A stretch of DNA of 64,000 nucleotides from Arenicellales bacterium (GTDB taxonomy: Bacteria > Pseudomonadota > Gammaproteobacteria > Arenicellales > JAJDZL01), in assembly GCA_965220725.1 (NCBI GenBank), contig OZ244840.1, positions 2,304,548-2,368,547 on the forward strand, written 5' to 3'. Every line of letters begins with the position of its first letter. The stretch's first letter is position 1. Position numbers and translations under genes: made by a program. The notes under the pieces are model-generated. The model searched no databases and had not been told where the DNA came from. It saw only the letters and a list, made by a program, of their open reading frames with translations. Of this stretch, positions 9,941 through 16,425 are shown piece after piece.

Positions 9941-9961
9941 GTTGGGGACTCAATGATGCGA

Positions 9962-10630
9962 TCAGGTTCTCGGGATCAGTCCGAACAGACCGGAGCGTGA
10001 CATCTTGGGGAGCATGGCTGAACTCTCCAGTAGCCTGACTGGAATCCCGGTGTCCCCGAACGAGGCGAACAATGGTTGTTGATCATGCAGTTCCCACTGT
10101 ATCTGCCGGCCTTCAACGGGATAGGAGTAACCCGGCCCCAGTCGACGGGAGATCCGGGCATTGTGCTGCGTCGCCCACTTGCGCACGATCAGCACAAATT
10201 GCTTGGTTGCATCCTCCACTCCCAGCCAGGCGGCGGACTCCAAAAACAGGGCTTCGACGAGTTTTTCCTGATCCATCCATTCTATTGTCTGCTTGTCAAT
10301 TCCCTCACCGACGGTCAGTGCGAAGACCACGACCTTTGTCGATTCACTCAAATACTGCTTGAATATCGGACTTTGCAGGAATACACCGTTTTCAAGCCTG
10401 AGTCCCATCGCGTCCACACTCTCAATGTCCACCAGTCGATAACTCACCACCGGTGCGGCATTGGCGACAAAAGCGCTGATCGCGGTCATTGCCGATTTTC
10501 GAATGACGGGCCGTACTTTATCGGGATCCTTGTATCCCTGAATTCGCAGTACCGCATCGAGTTTTGGCTCTGAAGTGTCCAAAACAATCGTTTCGGTCAC
10601 TCCGCAAACAAGACTCTTCATGTTCATCAA
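9962..10630 (-). CDS. Protein resembling the methionine synthase (MetH) activation/AdoMet-binding domain.
   Basis: The C-terminal pattern RLGPGYSYP...LFASFGDTGIPVRLLESSAMLPKMSRSGLFGL resembles the MetH activation-domain pattern (PGYP...LF...GI.LTES.AM.P..SVSG). The start is uncertain (TTG 10630, ATG 10627 or ATG 10621) and no SD is visible. Confidence 0.55.
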   Translation of the reverse strand: MMNMKSLVCGVTETIVLDTSEPKLDAVLRIQGYKDPDKVRPVIRKSAMTAISAFVANAAPVVSYRLVDIESVDAMGLRLENGVFLQSPIFKQYLSESTKVVVFALTVGEGIDKQTIEWMDQEKLVEALFLESAAWLGVEDATKQFVLIVRKWATQHNARISRRLGPGYSYPVEGRQIQWELHDQQPLFASFGDTGIPVRLLESSAMLPKMSRSGLFGLIPRT

Positions 10631-10719
10631 TATAATATATTACAAATATATCATTTAAATATTTTGAGTTACCTGAGTGAAACCGGAATCATCCGGCAGC
10701 CACCCAGCGTGTCTGATAT

Positions 10720-11610
10720 TCAGTCGCCGTCGTTCTCCAGGGGCAGTCTGGAAGCGACATAACGGTAGATACCGCCACCGATCAGCGCACCGATGATCGG
10801 TGCCAGTATGTATACGATAAACCAACCGCCGCGGGGGCCGGGAATTGCAATCCCGTCCCAGCCGGCGAAGTAGGCGATCAATCTGGGACCGAAGTCGCGG
10901 GCGGGATTCAGCCCCGCCTGGGTCAGGGGGGCGATGACTGAAATGATGGCGGCGACGCCCACACCGATGGCAACCGCCGCGCCCGCTGATTGCGGGCGTG
11001 CGTAATTACGGCCGTGGGTGACCACGGACACGATGAAGGCCAGCATTGCCGTGCCGACCAACTCTGCGACGAATCCGGTCTTGATGCTGACGATCTGGAA
11101 TGCCTCAGGCGTAGTCCCGAATATCGCCGGGTTTGGGAAATACTCGCCGTAAATCATGGCACTGAGCTGGCTGCCCTGTTCTCCGCGAACCAGTTCGTGC
11201 TGCTGTTCGAAACCCGCAATGGCGTTGGCGTACAGAAAATACAGGATCAGACCGGCAAATGCCGCACCTGCGACCTGTGCGGTCCAGTACGGAATCACTC
11301 TGCGCCAGGGAAAACCATCATACACGGCAACCACGCAGGTGATGGCGGGATTGATGTGTGCACCGGACAGCGAAGCCGCTGTGTAGATGCCCAGCGTCAC
11401 CGCGACGGACCACACCACCGCAACCTGCCACAAACCGACCTGCGCGCCGGAAATCACGGCTGCGTGCACCACGCCGATGCCAAAGAAAACCATGACAAAA
11501 GTACCGAGAAACTCACCAGTCAGGGCGTCGCGCAAGGGTGGCAGCTCGCCTTGCTGGTTTTTTGCCAATGGATGGTCCAGAAATCGAAACAGGTGCCGTG
11601 GTGATTTCAC
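10720..11610 (-). CDS. MIP-family channel (aquaporin / aquaglyceroporin-like).
   Basis: Two NPA boxes (GAHINPAIT and GLNPARDFGPR) and six hydrophobic segments. The listed ORF start (11796) overlaps the upstream metF-like gene, so I chose the in-frame GTG at 11610. A TTG at 11568 is an alternative. Confidence 0.85.
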   Translation of the reverse strand: MKSPRHLFRFLDHPLAKNQQGELPPLRDALTGEFLGTFVMVFFGIGVVHAAVISGAQVGLWQVAVVWSVAVTLGIYTAASLSGAHINPAITCVVAVYDGFPWRRVIPYWTAQVAGAAFAGLILYFLYANAIAGFEQQHELVRGEQGSQLSAMIYGEYFPNPAIFGTTPEAFQIVSIKTGFVAELVGTAMLAFIVSVVTHGRNYARPQSAGAAVAIGVGVAAIISVIAPLTQAGLNPARDFGPRLIAYFAGWDGIAIPGPRGGWFIVYILAPIIGALIGGGIYRYVASRLPLENDGD

Positions 11611-11650
11611 GTTCGATTTCCCGGGCACTGAAGAGCGAAATTGAGACTGC

Positions 11651-12535
11651 TCAGGCGGCGCTGATGTTTTGTTTGCCGATTTCGTGCACAATCCTTTGGA
11701 TCCAGTCCGCAGATTTACGCAGTCCGCCCAGCGGATAGATGTGCAACTTCTTGATTCTGGTTTCGGGGTTGCGTAATCGGTAGTCGACCAGATCATCGAG
11801 CAACCGCTGCGGATTATGGTTCATCAGCATTTTTGTGGCGTTGCGCGCCTGTTTCTTGAGGAACACCGCGGAGGCACCGATGCCACAGGCCTTTGCATGC
11901 TTGAGCAGCGTACCGACTGTGGCAACACCGGGTATGCCGATATGTAGGGGCAGGTCGATGCCCATCTGTGACAATCTTGCTTCCCAGGTGATGATGGGCT
12001 CGGCTTCAAAACAGAATTGGGTGATGATGTACATTGCGGCATCCGTGCGTTGTGCGAAGTCAAGCTTCCACCTCAACGCCGACTCGATCTGCTGATCGGA
12101 CATGTCCGGTGAGCCTTCAGGATGACCGGCAATGCCAATGGTTTGGATTCCCATTTTGTCGAACAATTCGGTTTCCAGCAACTGCATGGAGTTGTCAAAC
12201 TCACCAACCGGTTTCGGTGCGCCGCCGGCGAGTACCAGCACCTGCCTGCCGCCACAGCCATCGCGGAAACGGATCAGCGCATCCTCGAGTTTCTTGCGGT
12301 TTGGAATCTGACGGGCAACGATGTGTGGAATGGGAACGAACTGTTCGGACTTGAGGCGTTCACAGATGGTGAGTGTGTCGTCGATGGTTGATCCGGGCAG
12401 TGTGGTGACGTAGACCTGCGTGCCGGGCTCGATGATGTAGCGGTAGTCGGGAATCTTGGTCGCCGCGCCGGGTGTGGTTTCAACAGAATAGCCGTGCAGC
12501 AACTGCCGAAGTGCTGAAGAGTTCGGGTTGGACAA
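11651..12535 (-). CDS. metF: 5,10-methylenetetrahydrofolate reductase (MTHFR family).
   Basis: GHPEGSP, ITQFCFEAE and GIDLPLHIGIPG parallel E. coli MetF segments (YPEVHPE, ITQFFFD, GIDVEIIPGILP). Confidence 0.75.
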   Translation of the reverse strand: MSNPNSSALRQLLHGYSVETTPGAATKIPDYRYIIEPGTQVYVTTLPGSTIDDTLTICERLKSEQFVPIPHIVARQIPNRKKLEDALIRFRDGCGGRQVLVLAGGAPKPVGEFDNSMQLLETELFDKMGIQTIGIAGHPEGSPDMSDQQIESALRWKLDFAQRTDAAMYIITQFCFEAEPIITWEARLSQMGIDLPLHIGIPGVATVGTLLKHAKACGIGASAVFLKKQARNATKMLMNHNPQRLLDDLVDYRLRNPETRIKKLHIYPLGGLRKSADWIQRIVHEIGKQNISAA

Positions 12536-12585
12536 GAAAGGCTACCGACAAAAATGATCTTGACTTAAATCGATTCAGGCGTGTG

Positions 12586-13119
12586 TCACGCCCATTCAAA
12601 GTAAACGACGGCGTCGTGAAAGTCGTTGATCTCGGATTCACTGGACGAGAGAATACGGAAGCCCTGCCGGGTGCCACCCGGCCATTCGTTGTCGAGCATG
12701 ATACGGTTGCCGATCCAATGCTCGGCGAACTGATGTCCGATCAGCACATAAACCATTTCTGAATTGACTGCAATGCCATTGTTCGGTCCAAGCCGGGTAT
12801 TCATTGGGCGCGGTGTCTTCCAGTCTGCTATCACCTCGCAGGTCTCGGCATCCAGTGAGTCGGTGATGACAACCCGATGGATCGGCCAGGCGTATGAGTT
12901 GCCGGATACGGTAATGGTCTGGTTGGGCAGCGAGCAGGCGACTGCGAGCAGGAATTCTCCCTGGAAACTGAACTTTTCAGAAAACGCGGCTGGCGCGGTC
13001 ACTGCCGCACAGCCGTAATGTCCGTCTGCAACGCCGTCGGTAACTTCGGGTGGCGTCCAATTCAGATTCTTCAGAGCATGCCTGTCGAACTCAGGTACTG
13101 GAAATCGTTTCGCCCACAT
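12586..13119 (-). CDS. Hypothetical protein, first gene of the hypothetical / metF / MIP unit.
   Basis: A 177-aa ORF co-directional with metF and 50 nt upstream of it. Its composition is protein-like. I recognised no family. Confidence 0.5.
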   Translation of the reverse strand: MWAKRFPVPEFDRHALKNLNWTPPEVTDGVADGHYGCAAVTAPAAFSEKFSFQGEFLLAVACSLPNQTITVSGNSYAWPIHRVVITDSLDAETCEVIADWKTPRPMNTRLGPNNGIAVNSEMVYVLIGHQFAEHWIGNRIMLDNEWPGGTRQGFRILSSSESEINDFHDAVVYFEWA

Positions 13120-13459
13120 TGGAATTCAATCTCTGTCAGGGATACATGAATTTGGAGACATGGATTTTAAACCGTTTTGTCCAAATATGGCTTGCGGATT
13201 TAATCGGCCTGCCGTACCGGTCAGGGCGATCAGTTCACATCCATTCGATTTGCGTCCAAATTGACAATTCAACGTCAGTGTCTAAATATATACTAAATAT
13301 ATATGTGATGCCCGCATCGTTTTCTTGCCTGAAGGCGGTCGTTGTGCAAGCCAGATTGGCTGAATGGTAGAAAGAGAATACGCTGGAACATAAAATATTT
13401 CACGTGGCAGTAGATTACAGCTGCCATGTTTCCCGACATCATCAAAAAGGAGGCTCATC

Positions 13460-13750
13460 ATGGCGAAGGTGACCATATTGTATTGGCAGGATATCCCGTC
13501 GGTCGTTGAGGCCCGGGATGAGCAGGGTGTTCACAAGGAACTTCTCAGTGAGCGATTTCAGGAACTGATTGATCTGGTCGCAATGAAAAAGAAGCTGGCT
13601 GGAACCGATGAATACCTGATGCAGTGGTCGAAGGGCAAGCCCTACGAGGTTGATGGAACCGCGGTGGAAGCGGCAACGGCCGTCAGGGATGAATTCGAAG
13701 CCCGGTATAAGGAAATCAGAAAGTCAGAGTTGAACAAGGCCGTCGGCTAG
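13460..13750 (+). CDS. Small conserved protein. It possibly belongs to the family annotated 'virulence factor', which is often found beside B12/pterin methyltransferase genes.
   Basis: A strong SD (AAAGGAGG) lies 7 nt before the ATG. The N-terminus VTILYWQDIPSVVEAR resembles the YWRDIPAQV start I recall for that family. I could not verify this. Confidence 0.6.
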   Translation: MAKVTILYWQDIPSVVEARDEQGVHKELLSERFQELIDLVAMKKKLAGTDEYLMQWSKGKPYEVDGTAVEAATAVRDEFEARYKEIRKSELNKAVG

Positions 13751-13771
13751 CAGCACCGTTGCCCATTCAAT

Positions 13772-15037
13772 TCAAGTAGCAGTGACCAGCACTGCTCGAA
13801 AGTCGTTGACATTGGTCAGTGTGGGACCGGTCTCAGTCAGATCCCCCAGTTCCCTGAAGAAACCGTAGGAATCATTGTTCGAGAGGAACTGTTCAGGGTT
13901 CATGCCCTTTTGATGGGCTCTTTTCACCGTGGTTGGGTCCACTGTGGCGCCCGCGTTGGTTTCCGAGCCGTCGATGCCGTCGGTATCGCAGGCAATTGCG
14001 TAGATTTCCGGGCGTGCGCGAAGTTCAATCGCAAGGGCCAGGGCGAACTGGGTGTTCGGACCGCCTTTCCCGCTTCCGGTAACGGTTACCGTAGTCTCCC
14101 CGCTGGACAGGACAACAAAAGGTGTCTGGTGCCGGCGCTCAGCAATCAGCCTGTCAATAAACCGGGCATGGCGTCTGGCGGCGAGATTGGCGTCACCCGT
14201 AATGGGTTCGCTGATCACAAACGGCTCGCATCCTGACTCACGGGCGAGTTCGGCAGCCGCTGCCATTGCAGTTTCTGCCCTCGCGATGATGGTCGTGTCG
14301 GTAGTCTCGAAGATCCGGTCGCCGGGCTTGGGAGTTTCCAGTTCATTGGTCTGAAGCAGGTTCACGATGTGAGCAGGTACCGAAATTCCGTATTGTTTGA
14401 TGATTGACAGGACATCAGCGCAGGTGGATTGATCGGGAACTGTCGGACCGGAACCGATTGTCGAGGGATCGTCACCGACAACATCAGAAATGCAATAGGT
14501 GTGCGAGCAGGCCGGGTGGATCATTTGCTGCAAGCGTCCGCCTTTCACGGCTGACAGGTGCTTTCGAACGGTGTTGATCTGGTTGATGTCCGCCCCTCCC
14601 AACAGCAATTGTCGGGTGATGGCCTGTTTGTCTGCAAGACTGATCCTTGGGTGCGGCAGTGTCATCAGGGCGGAGGCACCACCCGACATCAGGCACATCA
14701 CAAAGTCACTGGATTCAAGGCTGCACAGCGAGTCGACGATTTTTCTGGCGGCTGAGATGCCCTGTTGATCCGGCACGGGATGAGCGGCCTCAAGCACTTC
14801 GATTCGGTCACATTCGACGCTGTGACCGTAGCGTGTGACGACGATACCCGACAATTGAGCGTCACAATGGTCTTCGACCACACGCGCCATTGCAGCCGCA
14901 GCCTTGCCGGCACCGATGACATGAATGCGCTTGTGTTTCATGTTTGCAATGTAAGGTGGCAGGCAGTGTTGGGCCGACGCAACATGTACGGCACGAAGAA
15001 ATAGACGCTCTAGAAATTCACGGGGATTGGCGATCAT
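13772..15037 (-). CDS. Glycerate 2-kinase / hydroxypyruvate reductase-like protein (MOFRL, TtuD/GckA family).
   Basis: VIGAGKAAAAMA, and SSGETTVTVTGSGKGGPNTQFALALA, which is typical of this family. Confidence 0.8.
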   Translation of the reverse strand: MIANPREFLERLFLRAVHVASAQHCLPPYIANMKHKRIHVIGAGKAAAAMARVVEDHCDAQLSGIVVTRYGHSVECDRIEVLEAAHPVPDQQGISAARKIVDSLCSLESSDFVMCLMSGGASALMTLPHPRISLADKQAITRQLLLGGADINQINTVRKHLSAVKGGRLQQMIHPACSHTYCISDVVGDDPSTIGSGPTVPDQSTCADVLSIIKQYGISVPAHIVNLLQTNELETPKPGDRIFETTDTTIIARAETAMAAAAELARESGCEPFVISEPITGDANLAARRHARFIDRLIAERRHQTPFVVLSSGETTVTVTGSGKGGPNTQFALALAIELRARPEIYAIACDTDGIDGSETNAGATVDPTTVKRAHQKGMNPEQFLSNNDSYGFFRELGDLTETGPTLTNVNDFRAVLVTAT

Positions 15038-15129
15038 GCCTGGCTAGCGCGACTAAACATATAGCATTGGGAAGATAGTTTGGTTAGAATTAAAATTATC
15101 ATCATGAAGTTCAACATGAGTAACAGGAA

Positions 15130-16128
15130 ATGACGAATGCGATTGAAACAGTAGTAGTATTTGGAGCAGGTGTTTCAAAGAGAATCGTGAATTTTCCCAC
15201 ATTTGATAATTTGATCCACGAATTGAAATCGGAGCGCGTGGCGACAGAGAATAAAACGCTCCGAGACTGCATATTGAGTTACGAAACGGAAAAACACAAA
15301 AACTTCGACTTATACCTAGTGAATAGCATAAATCACCTAAACGATAGCACAATAATTTCCGAATACATGGAATTAATCTCTGACAAATTCTTCACAAATT
15401 TGGAAGACTCAACCACAAGTGCAATCCTATCTAAGTCCAAATGGTTGTCGGAAACTTTACGCAGGCCAAAGAGAGTCTTAGTGACTACAAACTATGATCC
15501 GTTATTGAACATATTAGTCTATTGTGAAATGTATCAAGAATTGAAACATCGTGTCCAGACGGACGGTAGCCATCATTTTGAGTCACTCATTGAAGACTTC
15601 GAAGTTGGAAACAACGCCAAGCCTCATGAATTTGTGGATTGGTTCTTTAGTTTATTGTTACAAGAAGCATATAAGCAGGTCTGTAGTTTCCAGGACCTCA
15701 AGCAACACAATTCAATGTCTGAGCGGATTTTCTATTTGCATGGGCATTGTTACAAGCGTGAGTCAACCTACAAGTTAATCGGAGAATTTGAAACCGTCCA
15801 GAACGAGACACGAAATAGGTCTGCAACTCTGACAGGTGAAACCACGAGGCACAAAGTATATGAGAATTTGCAAAAGTTGCTCGCAACTAGTGAGATTTTT
15901 CGGGTAATTGTAGTTGGAATGAGTAAAGAAACTTGCAAGTATGTAATACAGCACGCAAATTTATCCGCAGAGAAATTAATCTATGGTTATCACGAAGATT
16001 CCTTGATTGAGGCTGATGACCGAGTAGAATTGAATAGTTATTTACAGTCTGAGTTCCAAGAAAGATTTTTGAAGATTGAAACTGATGGAAACCAGACTAT
16101 CATGGAAATGCTACGTGATGAAGAGTAA
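15130..16128 (+). CDS. Stand-alone SIR2-like (SIR2_2 type) protein in an AT-rich islet. It is a candidate NAD+-consuming defence effector.
   Basis: VVVFGAGVSKRIVNFPTFDNL (GAGxS), VLVTTNYDPLLN (TTNYD motif), IFYLHGHC (LHG) and FRVIVVGMS (a GYS-like tail). Hand counts give local G+C of about 33-37% (lines 15361 and 15601), versus about 55% in the flanking line 14101. Confidence 0.65.
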   Translation: MTNAIETVVVFGAGVSKRIVNFPTFDNLIHELKSERVATENKTLRDCILSYETEKHKNFDLYLVNSINHLNDSTIISEYMELISDKFFTNLEDSTTSAILSKSKWLSETLRRPKRVLVTTNYDPLLNILVYCEMYQELKHRVQTDGSHHFESLIEDFEVGNNAKPHEFVDWFFSLLLQEAYKQVCSFQDLKQHNSMSERIFYLHGHCYKRESTYKLIGEFETVQNETRNRSATLTGETTRHKVYENLQKLLATSEIFRVIVVGMSKETCKYVIQHANLSAEKLIYGYHEDSLIEADDRVELNSYLQSEFQERFLKIETDGNQTIMEMLRDEE

Positions 16129-16425
16129 AAATATTGGTTCCGAAATCCAGCGTAATGAGTTTGATTTTTGCAGAGGGGAACTAAGTGGATGCGGTACTCT
16201 TTGGGCAGACTCGGAAACAAGCGTTATTCTACTTTCCAAAATATTATCGTGGTAACACAGCAACAAAATCTGTTTCAAGTAAATTCACAGTACTCGTACC
16301 AATATAATCATTATCGACATGCGCCTTTAGTCAGAATGCGCAGTTGGTAATTCTATTGGTGAATCGAAATTTAGACTGCTTTTCTTCCTGAAACAATTGA
16401 AACTACAAGAGGCGTTGGAATACGT

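Noticed and set aside
10720-11796. N-terminal extensions of listed ORFs: MIP to 11796, CobW to 5145, activase to 7069, Prx to 58358, PhaC from 30514 and MaoC from 30000.
   Set aside because: The extensions overlap the neighbouring gene and are not part of the conserved domain. Internal starts that abut the upstream stop, or follow an SD, fit better. The exact starts remain uncertain.
13120-13459. A possible cobalamin riboswitch near the corrinoid and MetF genes. I also checked 10631-10719 and 8852-8938.
   Set aside because: I could not find a B12-box-like conserved core or the expected GC-rich multi-stem architecture by eye. Only a covariance-model scan could exclude it formally.
15104-15133. 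A 9-codon upstream ORF (MKFNMSNRK) whose TGA overlaps the ATG of the SIR2-like gene.
   Set aside because: It has no SD and is very short in AT-rich DNA, where ATG and stop codons arise by chance. I cannot support it as a leader peptide.
16168-16350. A 60-aa ORF downstream of the SIR2-like gene, considered as a possible partner protein.
   Set aside because: It is a Q/Y/N-rich low-complexity sequence with no SD and no recognisable domain. It is probably a chance ORF.
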